64,000 nucleotides of DNA from an uncultured Verrucomicrobiae bacterium (GTDB taxonomy: Bacteria > Verrucomicrobiota > Verrucomicrobiia > Chthoniobacterales > JAFAMB01): the NCBI GenBank assembly GCA_963837955.1, contig CAWIPH010000002.1:2080001-2144000 (forward strand). Reading direction: 5' to 3'. The notes under the pieces were generated by a model. It saw nothing but the letters and a program-made list of their open reading frames with translations, had not been told where the DNA came from and did no database searches. Below are positions 51,502-61,007 of this stretch, piece by piece (within the stretch, counting starts at the first letter, position 1; every line of letters starts with the position of its first letter). The translations under genes and the position numbers were made by a program.

Positions 51502-51557
51502 CGGGATGGGACTCATGGGACCTATGGGACTTATGGGTCTAGGTGTCTTTCGTGCGG
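51502..51557. repeat. 9-nt variant tandem repeat element; left arm of an inverted pair
   Basis: CGGGATGGGACTCATGGGACCTATGGGACTTATGGGTCTAGG-TGTCTTTCGTGCGG; reverse complement at 53550-53606 with one indel. Confidence 0.9.
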
Positions 51558-51605
51558 CACCTTACGCCCCCGGGGCGTTGCAGGAGGCGATGGCCAGCCG
51601 GTCCC

Positions 51606-52232
51606 CTAAGTCCCATGGGACCCATAGGCCTTATGGGACTTAGGCGTCTTATGCCTCCTAGGTCTCTTATCGCTTTCTTCGCTCCTTTGTTGGAGCCGGG
51701 CGCGAGTCATACGTTCGCGGAGGCCGCCTTCTTCGATAAAATCCCGCTCCAGGCGGCGGATCTGCCGGTCTAACAGGAAGTTCGCTTGGTGAATTAAACA
51801 GATTGCAATATTCGCGACCACCTCAGCCGGCCGGGTTTCGCAAAACTCACGATAATCCTCATAAGCTAGGTCGGCCTTGTTTCCCAAGCGCCTTACAAAT
51901 CGGGCTTGGCGACTCTCTTTTTCCCAGATACCAAGATCACGCACGCGGAGAAAATCGCGGTAGTCTGCCAACAATTCTTCAAGGCTGGCGCGAGCAACGC
52001 CCACCAGCTTAATTTCCATCTCCTTGGAGGTTCCAGACGCTTTGCTGCCTTCCAGGATGTTCTGTTTCCCGGAACGGGCTGCTTGGATCATCTGATCGTT
52101 GGTGCGATCCAGCGTGGCAAGAAACCGCCGGCAGAACCGATAGGTAACATCATAAACAACCTCCGCCTTTCGATAAGAAAGCAGTTCCCGGTAATTGCCA
52201 TGCGCTGGAATGAAGCCAGGACTGTCCTTCAT
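51606..52232 (-). CDS. Four-helix-bundle protein with suffix domain (23S rRNA IVS protein/Avd-like fold)
   Basis: HGNYRELLSY, DQMIQAARSGKQNI.EGS, VARASLEELL.DY, F.EEGG.RER. Confidence 0.88.
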   Translation of the reverse strand: MKDSPGFIPAHGNYRELLSYRKAEVVYDVTYRFCRRFLATLDRTNDQMIQAARSGKQNILEGSKASGTSKEMEIKLVGVARASLEELLADYRDFLRVRDLGIWEKESRQARFVRRLGNKADLAYEDYREFCETRPAEVVANIAICLIHQANFLLDRQIRRLERDFIEEGGLRERMTRARLQQRSEESDKRPRRHKTPKSHKAYGSHGT

Positions 52233-52603
52233 CGGTATAGGTCACATGCGACTCACGAGTCCTATTCGACCGCTTTTCTATACGAGGTCGCTAGGATCAT
52301 AACGTTTTCTCAAACAGTGTTGCAGAACTAGATGGGGTAGTCAAATATATAGTTACATTCTTCTATCATGTTTTGATCTAACGGAAGCCCGCGTGCTCCT
52401 CGATCGAAGGGTTGGACCAACTGCCTCGTCCTTCTGGAGGGATTTCTAGAGTGTTGCCACTAGCCGGCCACTGATTGAGCTTCTCGCTCGCGACTGGGCG
52501 CAAGGCTACGTCGCGGCCCTGCACGGGACCAGGTACATTCCCACGACGAGGGCACGCTGCACGCTATACGAAGGCTGGAGCGATACGCCTTTACCAATCC
52601 CCT

Positions 52604-52712
52604 TACTCCATCCCCATCGCCCATTACTCCATTGCTCCATCACTCCATCGTTCCTCTGCTCCATCGCTCCTCTGCCCCATCACTCCATCACACCTCCACT
52701 CTCATTCCTCCA
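52604..52712. repeat. Degenerate 8-nt tandem repeat (CTCCATCA-like)
   Basis: ACTCCATT GCTCCATC ACTCCATC GTTCCTCT GCTCCATC...; related inverse tract near 54808-54845. Confidence 0.75.
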
Positions 52713-52719
52713 TCCGCGT

Positions 52720-53472
52720 TCACCCGCGGCCGATGAACGGCATCTTTGTTGCCATCACGGTCATGAACTGTACGTTCGCCTCCAATGGCAGGTTCGCCAT
52801 ATTGAGAACCGCGTCAGCGACGACCGATACATCAATCAAAGGCTCGCGCCGGATCGATCCATCCGCTTGCAAAACACCTTCCGCCATCTTTGCCGCCATC
52901 TCGGTAGCGGCATTTCCGATATCGATCTGACCGCAGGCGATGTTATAGTCGCGTCCATCAAGCGAAGTCGAACGCGTTAGACCGGTCAGCGCGTGCTTCG
53001 TTGCCGTATAAGGCGCTGAACTTGGCCGCGGGACATGCGCTGAGAGCGAACCATTATTGATGATCCGGCCACCGCGGGGCATTTGCCGCTTCATCAGACG
53101 AAACGCTTCCTGGGTACAAAGAAAGGGACCGGTCAGATTTGTTTGGACGACCCGCTGCCATTGCTCATAGGTAACATCCTCGAGTTGAGCGGAAGGGATT
53201 CCTGCTCCGGCATTGTTGAATAATAGATCCAAGCGATTAAACACCTCCTCGGTTCGCTGAAACAACACTCGAACCGAGGCCGGATCGGTAACATCAGTTG
53301 GGACGGCCAGCGCGTGCGACTTGCTCGCTTTGGCAATATCAATCGTCTCTTGCAGCGCCTCCAATCGCCTGCCCGCGAGAACAACCCGATAGCCGTTGCG
53401 CAGAAACGCGAGCACAACTGCGCGGCCGATACCACTGCCGGCGCCGGTCACCAAAGCAATTTTCTCAGACAT
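52720..53472 (-). CDS. SDR family oxidoreductase
   Basis: [29 protein letters not shown]. Confidence 0.93.
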   Translation of the reverse strand: MSEKIALVTGAGSGIGRAVVLAFLRNGYRVVLAGRRLEALQETIDIAKASKSHALAVPTDVTDPASVRVLFQRTEEVFNRLDLLFNNAGAGIPSAQLEDVTYEQWQRVVQTNLTGPFLCTQEAFRLMKRQMPRGGRIINNGSLSAHVPRPSSAPYTATKHALTGLTRSTSLDGRDYNIACGQIDIGNAATEMAAKMAEGVLQADGSIRREPLIDVSVVADAVLNMANLPLEANVQFMTVMATKMPFIGRG

Positions 53473-53549
53473 ACGGGGCTACTCTCCTTTTGCGTTCCAT
53501 AGTTGCAATCGGTAAAGAGCAAAGCAGTCAGCTCCATCACTTCGCTACT

Positions 53550-53606
53550 CCGCACGAAAGACATCCTAGACCCATAAGTCCCATAGGTCCCATGAGTCCC
53601 ATCCCG
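53550..53606. repeat. 9-nt variant repeat element; right arm of the inverted pair
   Basis: Reverse complement of 51502-51557. Confidence 0.9.
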
Positions 53607-53694
53607 CAGCGGCTTCGTGCCTTCGCAAACCCTGTCCTCCATCGCCGCGATCAACTGTGGCGACTGGGCACAGTCGCCGCTACCGTTCCCCTCA

Positions 53695-54795
53695 ATGAAT
53701 TATTGGACACGCTTTCGCATCATTTCGCTGATCGGCGTTCTTGCGACGAACGGAGCCTCAGGTCAAGCGACGAGACAAGCCAGTGCTACTGATGTCGCGC
53801 GCTATTTGGCCGGAATGCCAGTCTCCCAGGGTTCAGCGCTCGTGCCGCTAACTCATGATCCTAAATGGATCGCGCACTCGAGTGCGATGAATGCCTCTTT
53901 CACTGCGTTGGAGCAGCGGCAAATAAGCAACATCCGAATCTGGCGTGCAGAAGTGTTAGCGCCAGTTACCCAACCGACTCGGCCGTGTCTCTATCTTTTC
54001 GGCGGACCTGACTTTTTGTATGCGAACGCTTTCTTTCCGGACGCGGCGACCTATGTCCTGCAAGGATTGGAACCGGTCGAAGGCATTCCGGACTTGCTCA
54101 CTCTCCCGATTCAATCTCTGGAGAGCACCCTGCAAAACATGGAAATATCTCTCAATACGGCTTTGAACTTCAGTTACTTCGAAACGAAAGATATGCGGGC
54201 CGATTTTTCCAGGTCTCAGCTCAAAGGAGTTCTGCCGATCATTTTCGTGTTCATTGCTCGAACCGGGATGGACATCACCAGAATGGATTATATCTCCCTT
54301 GAGCCGAATGGAAGAGTGGTAGAAGGCCTTCGCGGAGGCGTACGGGGCGCTCGGATTGACCTCGTTGACCCAGGAACGCACGCCCAGAAGGTCCTGTATT
54401 ATTTCAGCTCGGACCTTTCTGATGATTTTCTAAGGGGCAACCCCGCCGTGGTGCGCTTTTGCGAGCATCTAGGTCCAACTAATTCGTTTTTGAAAGCTGC
54501 TTCCTACCTGATGTATCAAAACAGTTTTGGAACCGTCCGAAATCTACTGCTTCAGGTCAGTGCTGCGCTGTTGCAAGACGACTCGGGCATCCCCGTTCAG
54601 TACCTAACATCAGATAGATGGACTTTGCGGGTCTTCGGGTCATATAGGGGGCCGATAGATCTTTTCAAAAATTACTATCAGCCTGAGCTTCAGCAATACT
54701 ACGCGACCAGCAACCCTAAGCCGCTGACCTTTGGTTTCGGATATCAGATCAATCATCGTGACTCGAATCTGATCCTCGCAGTCCGAAAACGTTGA
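53695..54795 (+). CDS. Hypothetical exported protein
   Basis: Signal-like N-terminus; enzyme-like motifs YLFGGPDFL, GLEP, KAASYL, QDDSGIP. Confidence 0.75.
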   Translation: MNYWTRFRIISLIGVLATNGASGQATRQASATDVARYLAGMPVSQGSALVPLTHDPKWIAHSSAMNASFTALEQRQISNIRIWRAEVLAPVTQPTRPCLYLFGGPDFLYANAFFPDAATYVLQGLEPVEGIPDLLTLPIQSLESTLQNMEISLNTALNFSYFETKDMRADFSRSQLKGVLPIIFVFIARTGMDITRMDYISLEPNGRVVEGLRGGVRGARIDLVDPGTHAQKVLYYFSSDLSDDFLRGNPAVVRFCEHLGPTNSFLKAASYLMYQNSFGTVRNLLLQVSAALLQDDSGIPVQYLTSDRWTLRVFGSYRGPIDLFKNYYQPELQQYYATSNPKPLTFGFGYQINHRDSNLILAVRKR

Positions 54796-54866
54796 ATCCG
54801 GTTGGAGAAATGGGGTAGTGGAGCAGCGGAGCAATGCAGCGAATGTGCCATTGTCTCCTCTTCATG

Positions 54867-56390
54867 TTATTTTCTTTCGAGCGCGTACAATCGATGATGT
54901 GCGGTTCGAAGTTGCCCGTAAAGATCTCGGTAAACTTCCTGGTAGCGCTCCTGCAACCGCTTAGAGCGCTCCGGATCCGGTTCTACGGTGATCTCTTCTC
55001 GGCGCGCAACGTGCAGTGCAGCCGAAGGATCAGAGAATATTCCACAGCCAATCCCCGCTAAAAGAGCGACCCCTAAGCTGACCGTCTCCCGAACCGGATT
55101 GATCTTGATCGGGAAACCGTGGACGTCCGCCTTAATCTGGGTCAGTAGGCGGTTCTCGAATGAACTTCCGATGGTGAGAATCTTTTGAAATGGGGGTAGA
55201 CCGGCGACGTTAACCATTGCGTCGGCTATCGCTCGCGCCTCGAAAGCCAGCCCTTCCAAAATAGCCTTGAACATGGCTCCACGGGTGGTGGTCGATCTGA
55301 TCCCGACAAACGCTCCCGAAGCCTGAGCGTCCGGATACGGTGTCAGGCTACGTAGCAGGTGCGGCAGGAATATGGGCACCGAGTCATCGACTAATGTCGC
55401 TTCATCCACTAGCCCCGGGATGCCTGCCTTGCCCCCCAGTTCGCGGCGAAACCACTCAACCGCAGCTCCTGCCGTCTGAAGTCCACCGGTTAGATAGTAA
55501 ATTGGTTCCTCGATCCAGATAGCCCCTTGCGCAAGGCCATGCGCAGCAATCCGTTGGTCGGAAAGCGGCTTTTGAAAAACCGAGTTCAGCGATTCGGAAG
55601 TCCCTATACTGTCCAACAATACCCCGGCGTCTAGTCCCCCGGCGGCAAATGCTCCGCTGATGTGATCGTGAAGGCCGACGCTCACGACCGTGGTTTTCGG
55701 CAGGTTCGTCGCGCTCGCGCTGGACGACGTGATGCGGCCAAGCGGCGTTCCGCTTTTACACACTGGAGGAAAGCAGGAAAGCTCAACACCAGCAGCTTCT
55801 ATGATTTCGCTGGCCCAGGCCCGCCGATGCACATCGTAGGCGAGGGTGCGGCAGGCTAGGCTGGGATCAGTCGCGGGTACACCACAAAGGCGGAACGCCA
55901 TATAATCCGCCAGATGGAGCCACTGACGCGTCTTCTCAAAAGCTGCCGGGTTATGGTTTTTGACCCAGAGTATCTTGCAAAGCCCGAACATCGCGTCGGG
56001 GTTAAGGCCCGAAATCTTGAACAGAGTTTCGTACCCGACCCGGTCGCAAATCCATTCGAATTCCGCCGCGGTCCGAAGATCAAACCAGGCGATGGCAGGT
56101 GCTAGCGGTTGACCTTGCGAATCGATCGGCACAAGCGATTCTGCGAGGCTCGAGCAAGCAATTCCCTTGATCGCTTCGGGGTGCTCCAGCTGTGACACCA
56201 CAGCCCGAATGGCTTGACAGGCTGCATCCCAAAGGGGGGCGGGTTCAAAATCCGTCCAATCCGGCCGTGGATGAGACCGCGGGGTCGGTTCGGACCCCTG
56301 AGCGACAATCTTTCCGGCCGAATCCAGAGCGAGGCACTTGATATTGGTGGTTCCTACATCGAGTCCGAGAACCAGGTCTTGTTGGGGCAT
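54867..56390 (-). CDS. FGGY family carbohydrate kinase
   Basis: LGLDVGTTNIK, AWFDLR, GLHDH, SIGTSE, AILEG. Confidence 0.92.
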   Translation of the reverse strand: MPQQDLVLGLDVGTTNIKCLALDSAGKIVAQGSEPTPRSHPRPDWTDFEPAPLWDAACQAIRAVVSQLEHPEAIKGIACSSLAESLVPIDSQGQPLAPAIAWFDLRTAAEFEWICDRVGYETLFKISGLNPDAMFGLCKILWVKNHNPAAFEKTRQWLHLADYMAFRLCGVPATDPSLACRTLAYDVHRRAWASEIIEAAGVELSCFPPVCKSGTPLGRITSSSASATNLPKTTVVSVGLHDHISGAFAAGGLDAGVLLDSIGTSESLNSVFQKPLSDQRIAAHGLAQGAIWIEEPIYYLTGGLQTAGAAVEWFRRELGGKAGIPGLVDEATLVDDSVPIFLPHLLRSLTPYPDAQASGAFVGIRSTTTRGAMFKAILEGLAFEARAIADAMVNVAGLPPFQKILTIGSSFENRLLTQIKADVHGFPIKINPVRETVSLGVALLAGIGCGIFSDPSAALHVARREEITVEPDPERSKRLQERYQEVYRDLYGQLRTAHHRLYALERK

Positions 56391-56477
56391 AGGCGTTGGG
56401 GAGAGCAAAGTGAATGGCTTTGGGTTTGCCCGAGTCGTCGGGCTCGCTTGAGGTGCATTTCTCGTGGCCGCTCAGCA

Positions 56478-57263
56478 TTAGGTGGGCGCCACAATAACCT
56501 CGACGTTGGCTTGGCCAAGGGCTTGGCTGAGGTCCGCCGGTGGCGAGATATCTGTTACTAAGATGTCGATCGTACTCAACGGAGCGATTTGAGCGAAGGC
56601 GTTGTGGCCGAATTTCGAAGTGTCCGCAACGACGATAGTCCGGCGGGCCGAAGCGATCATCCGTGCGAACATCGAAGCTTCCTCCAGCAAAGTCGTGGAA
56701 AGCCCTTCGGTACTTGTCAGGCCGCTTACTCCTAGGACGGCCGTATCGACGCTGATGGTTCCCGAGTTAAAGCCCACCGAGCCGACTGTTGACCCCAAGT
56801 GCACGTTATACTGGCCGCCAAGCAGGTACACGTTCTGGATCGCCTCCACCGGCAAGACGGAGAGCATGGCCACGTTGTTGGTGACGAGCGTTAAATTGCG
56901 CCGTGGTCCGAGATTGGCGGCGAAGGCAAAGGTAGTTGAGCCTCCATTAACGATCAGCGTTTCCCCGTCAGCAATCAACCGGGCCGCGGCCCTCCCGATC
57001 CGGGTTTTGGCGTCCGCGTTGGCGTTGGCCCGGGTTAAAAACGGCGTCTCCCGATGAACTAACAAGGCGGTGGATACGACGCCGCCATGCGTGCGCAGAA
57101 GCAGCTTCCGTCGCTCAAGGTTCTGGAGATCGCGGCGGATAGTATCATCGGAAACGCCGAAATGGCTGGCCAGATCGTCCACGCTCATCTGGCCTTTGGC
57201 CTCCACCAGTTGAAGCAACTCTTGGTGGCGGCGAGCAAGCGTAACGATCTGATCTTTGCTCAT
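56478..57263 (-). CDS. DeoR/GlpR family regulator
   Basis: LASHFGVSDDTIRRDL..RTHGG, GGSTT, ADTSKF. Confidence 0.93.
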   Translation of the reverse strand: MSKDQIVTLARRHQELLQLVEAKGQMSVDDLASHFGVSDDTIRRDLQNLERRKLLLRTHGGVVSTALLVHRETPFLTRANANADAKTRIGRAAARLIADGETLIVNGGSTTFAFAANLGPRRNLTLVTNNVAMLSVLPVEAIQNVYLLGGQYNVHLGSTVGSVGFNSGTISVDTAVLGVSGLTSTEGLSTTLLEEASMFARMIASARRTIVVADTSKFGHNAFAQIAPLSTIDILVTDISPPADLSQALGQANVEVIVAPT

Positions 57264-57339
57264 GGGTGTTGGCCCAACGGGGCGGGGGTAATCCATCTTA
57301 AGCCTCAGGTGCCTCATTGGAAAGATGGGTCCGATCGTA

Positions 57340-57421
57340 TGCAATAATTACGAACATATATGCGTTAAATACGCAGCAAAAGATATATTTCTTGCATGTA
57401 TCACGCAGAGCGGCGTATAGC
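57340..57421. promoter_or_regulatory. Three TGC(G/A)W-N5-ACG(C/A)A boxes and a TTGCAT/TATAGC promoter candidate
   Basis: 57340-57354, 57361-57375 (perfect TGCGT/ACGCA), 57393-57407, between divergent DeoR and aldolase. Confidence 0.6.
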
Positions 57422-57474
57422 TATCTCAATTCTTCCTCGCTTAAGAGGTTTAAACCGGAAGTCTGAATTGCTCT

Positions 57475-58380
57475 ATGTACGTCACTAAGCCCCGTCTGTT
57501 CTTCGATTACGCGCTTCGCAACCGCTTCGCTTTCCCCTCCTTTAACGTGTGCAACCTGGAAATCGCTCGCGGGGTGATCTCTGCCGCTGAGGCGGAAAAC
57601 GCCCCAGTGATGCTGCAGACCTATTTTGGGGATCTCTACTATGGCGGCTTCAACGTTCTGCCCCAGCTGCTGCGGATCTTGGCCGAGCAGGCGAGCGTTC
57701 CAGTGCTGGTCCATCAAGATCATCCTGACAGCGATCAAATGATTCTTCGGACCCTCCGGCGCGGCTACTACTCAGTGATGTATGACGGGGGCCATTTGCC
57801 CTTGGACGAAAACATTAAGGGAGCCTCCTACATTACCGAAATCGCGCACGCGATGGGAGCTGCGGTCGAGGCGGAACTTGGCCAGTTCGGCGGTGAACAT
57901 CAGGGAGGCCGCATCGAGAAAGCCTCGTCGACAGAAGCCAAACGAATGGTCGAGGAAAGTGGCATCGATACCTTGGCCGTCTCGGTCGGGTCCATCCATG
58001 GCGAAAGCAGTCGACTAGATCTTCCGCTGCTGGAAGAAATTGCCGCCGTCACGCCCGCGCCCTTGGTCTTACACGGGGGCAGCGGAATTGATCCAGGCGA
58101 TCTGCGAGAAGCCATCCAGATGAACGTCGTGAAAGTCAACATTGGCGCGGACGTTATCAGGGCTTGGATGAGGGGGCTAAAGGAAGGCGCCTTGCTTGAT
58201 AGTGGCGACGACCCTCCTCATCAGGTCATGATGCAACACGCTGCCACGCAAGTCAGCGAAGTGGCCCAAACAAAGTTATCCCTGATGGGCGCATCCGGTC
58301 ATGCGAAGCCGTTGCTTCAGTGTTTGGAAGAAGAGAGCGCGGATCTGCCGGCGATTACGGCTGCGCCTCTGTCCGTTTGA
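57475..58380 (+). CDS. Class II fructose/tagatose-bisphosphate aldolase family protein
   Basis: FNV, HQDH, SVMYDG, EAELG, GSIHG, LVLHGGSG, KVNI. Confidence 0.9.
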   Translation: MYVTKPRLFFDYALRNRFAFPSFNVCNLEIARGVISAAEAENAPVMLQTYFGDLYYGGFNVLPQLLRILAEQASVPVLVHQDHPDSDQMILRTLRRGYYSVMYDGGHLPLDENIKGASYITEIAHAMGAAVEAELGQFGGEHQGGRIEKASSTEAKRMVEESGIDTLAVSVGSIHGESSRLDLPLLEEIAAVTPAPLVLHGGSGIDPGDLREAIQMNVVKVNIGADVIRAWMRGLKEGALLDSGDDPPHQVMMQHAATQVSEVAQTKLSLMGASGHAKPLLQCLEEESADLPAITAAPLSV

Positions 58381-58405
58381 CACGGAAACATTTCAATCCC
58401 AGCCG

Positions 58406-59164
58406 ATGAGTTACCGTTCTGAGGTCCCCCCGGAAGACCGAGTGGCCATTGTTACTGGCGGCTCCGGTGGCATCGGTTTTGAAACCTCCAAAGCGCTACT
58501 GGAAAACGGCGCGACCGTCGTGATTTCCGACATTAACGCGGACCGAGGAGAGCAGATTGCGCAAGAGCTCGGTATCGAGTTTTTCCCAGCTGACCTGACG
58601 CATTCGTCCCAAGTATCGAATCTTGCCCGGCACGTGAAAGATAAGTACGGCCGGATCGACATTGCTTTCAACAATGCAGGCATTGCCCATAGCGTTCCCG
58701 CGGAAGAATGCACGGACGAACAATGGCTCCAAGTCATCAACATCAATTTAAACGCGCTATTTTATTGTTGCCGTGAATTTGGCCGGGTGATGCTTCCCCA
58801 GGGAAAGGGCAGTATCATCAACACCGCCTCGATGTCGGGGATTATTTCAAATAATCCGCAACCCCAGTGCGCATACAATGCGGCGAAGGCCGCCGTCATA
58901 ATGTTGACCAAGTCACTGGCAGGCGAATGGGCGAAGCGAGGTGTGCGCGTAAACAGCATCTCCCCAGGTTACATCAACACACCGATGACGCCGAAGGGCC
59001 AGATCAGAAGCGATTGGTTTGAACTCTGGATGACGTTCTCGCCCATGCGTCGAATTGGAGAGCCCCAGGAAATAGCTCCAGCCGTCGTCTTTCTCGCTTC
59101 TGAAGCCAGCAGCTTTTTTACAGGAAGTAACCTAGTGATCGATGGGGGCTACACGTGCTGGTAG
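58406..59164 (+). CDS. SDR family (polyol/sugar) dehydrogenase
   Basis: TGGSGGIG, NNAGI, SMSGIISN.PQPQ..YNAAK, ISPGY. Confidence 0.9.
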   Translation: MSYRSEVPPEDRVAIVTGGSGGIGFETSKALLENGATVVISDINADRGEQIAQELGIEFFPADLTHSSQVSNLARHVKDKYGRIDIAFNNAGIAHSVPAEECTDEQWLQVININLNALFYCCREFGRVMLPQGKGSIINTASMSGIISNNPQPQCAYNAAKAAVIMLTKSLAGEWAKRGVRVNSISPGYINTPMTPKGQIRSDWFELWMTFSPMRRIGEPQEIAPAVVFLASEASSFFTGSNLVIDGGYTCW

Positions 59165-59374
59165 CAACGGCTAACCTCCGGCGGCCACGCCGCGTAATCT
59201 CGGGTTTCCCACCTCTTCCCTTCAAGATCGGGAGCCACTTCGGACCTGGAATCTGCGAGTCGCTAAGAAACAATCTTAACAGCGACTACACCATCCACTT
59301 CGCCAAAACAAAACAGAACAGAAATACGACAAAAACCAACATCTACACCTAACCATCAACAAACGTTCCCCCCC

Positions 59375-60688
59375 ATGAAACTACGTCACCTACCTCTTGT
59401 CCTCTCTTTCCTCCTCGGCATGGCAGCCGTTCGAGCAGAGCAAACGACTGTCACCATCGCAGCGGTTAATAACCCTGATATGATTGAGCTAAAGAAGCTC
59501 TCGCAAAAGTTCGAAGAAAAGAACCCAGACATCAAACTCAATTGGGTCATCGTCGAAGAGAATGTCTTGCGTCAAAAGGTGACGACCGATGTCTCGACCG
59601 GGAGTGGTCAATTTGACCTTGTGTTCATTGGCTTGTACGAGGCCCCAATCTTTGGCAAACGGGGCTGGCTAACACCGATCGAGAATTTGCCTGCCGACTA
59701 TGATGTCGACGACGTTTTCAAGTCACTTCGAGACGGTCTCTCCTATGACGGCAAACTTTATGCACTGCCTTTTTATGGAGAAAGCATGATCCTTATTTAC
59801 CGGAAGGACTTGTTCGATGAAAAGGGGCTCAAAGTGCCCGATCAGCCGACCTATGAGGATGTCGCCAAATTCGCTGACGCGCTGAATGACAAATCCAAAG
59901 GCGTTTTCGGAGTAACGCTCCGCGGACAACCAGGTTGGGGCGAGAATATGGGGTACCTGACGACGATGATTAATACCTTCGGGGGAACCTGGTTCGACGA
60001 GAAATGGCATCCTACCGTCGATTCTCCGGAATGGAAGAAAGCCATCACCTTTTACGTCGATCTCGTGCGTAAAGACGGCCCGCCAGGCGCCACTGGGAAC
60101 GGGTTCAATGAAAATCTGACGATGTTCGCAAGTGGTAAGGCCGCGCAGTGGATTGATGCAACCGTGGCGGGTGGTATCCTGGAGAATCCCAAACAATCCC
60201 AAGTTGTTGGCAAAGTCGGGTATGCTCCTGCACCGATTGAGTTGACGCCCAACGGATCTCACTGGCTATGGTCATGGGCCTTTTCGATACCGAGCAAAGC
60301 GAAACAGCCCGAGGGCGCAAAGAAGTTTGCCGAGTGGGCGACTTCCAAGGATTACATCAAGCTCGTTGCCGAGGATCTCGGCTGGGCATCGGTGCCTCCT
60401 GGCACTAGGAAGTCCACCTACGATAATCCTGAATATCAGAAGGCGGCGCCTTTCGCCAAGGCTACTCTCAAGGCGATGGAAACCGCTGATCCCACAAATC
60501 CTTGTATCAAGAAGGTGCCTTACACGGGCATCAGTTTTGTCGGTATCCCGGAATACCAGTCAATCGGCACTGTAGTTGGCCAAAACATAGCAGGAGCCCT
60601 CTCCGGCAAAACTTCGATCGATCAAGCCTTGAAGAACAGTCAGATCTCTGTCGAACGAATGATGAAAGAGGGCGGCTATCTCAAGTAG
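59375..60688 (+). CDS. Polyol ABC transporter substrate-binding protein (SmoE/MtlE-like)
   Basis: VNNPDMI, EENVLRQKVTTD, PFYGES, LRG.PGWGEN, WIDATVA, WLWSW. Confidence 0.88.
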   Translation: MKLRHLPLVLSFLLGMAAVRAEQTTVTIAAVNNPDMIELKKLSQKFEEKNPDIKLNWVIVEENVLRQKVTTDVSTGSGQFDLVFIGLYEAPIFGKRGWLTPIENLPADYDVDDVFKSLRDGLSYDGKLYALPFYGESMILIYRKDLFDEKGLKVPDQPTYEDVAKFADALNDKSKGVFGVTLRGQPGWGENMGYLTTMINTFGGTWFDEKWHPTVDSPEWKKAITFYVDLVRKDGPPGATGNGFNENLTMFASGKAAQWIDATVAGGILENPKQSQVVGKVGYAPAPIELTPNGSHWLWSWAFSIPSKAKQPEGAKKFAEWATSKDYIKLVAEDLGWASVPPGTRKSTYDNPEYQKAAPFAKATLKAMETADPTNPCIKKVPYTGISFVGIPEYQSIGTVVGQNIAGALSGKTSIDQALKNSQISVERMMKEGGYLK

Positions 60689-60694
60689 ATCAGC

Positions 60695-60968
60695 AGGGGT
60701 TAAAACCCCGGACGGGGAGGGCGCACGTCCCTTGTCTTAGGCGTCGATACATCCCTGACTGGTAGGGCGAAAACCTCGGCGCGGGAAACGTTTCGATTTT
60801 TTTTGCGCGGCCGCGCCGGGTTTGAGCCGCCCGTTATATTAATCTGTGTTTGCGTATTTTTCCTCGCGTTCCTCAGTCCGACAGGCACGAACGGCTCAAG
60901 CCGGTACGGCTGATACCGTACCAGGCTTTCGCCCTATCGACCGGGCCAGAACGGACCGCGTCCCTACC
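60695..60968. repeat. Composite nested REP-like region
   Basis: GGGGTTAAAACCCCGGACGGGGAGGGCGCAC (cf. 23813-23843); inner inverted pair 60761-60781/60922-60938; GTCCCTACC end. Confidence 0.7.
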
Positions 60969-61007
60969 GAAGACGTCGTCAGGCGCGCCTCTTGGACCGC
61001 TGTTTCG

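Noticed and set aside
51463..51644. CRISPR array
   Set aside because: Only two 26-bp repeats, separated by an 85-bp spacer made of tandem 9-mers; no cas genes
51606..52232. Diversity-generating retroelement or rRNA intervening sequence
   Set aside because: No reverse transcriptase, no TR/VR pair with A-specific mismatches, and no flanking 23S rRNA
51301..53792. ORFs 51301..51609, 51410..51643, 52475..52930, 53298..53792, 53448..53654
   Set aside because: Derived from 8/9-nt repeats (GTHGTYGTYG, MGLMGPMG) or antisense shadows of real genes
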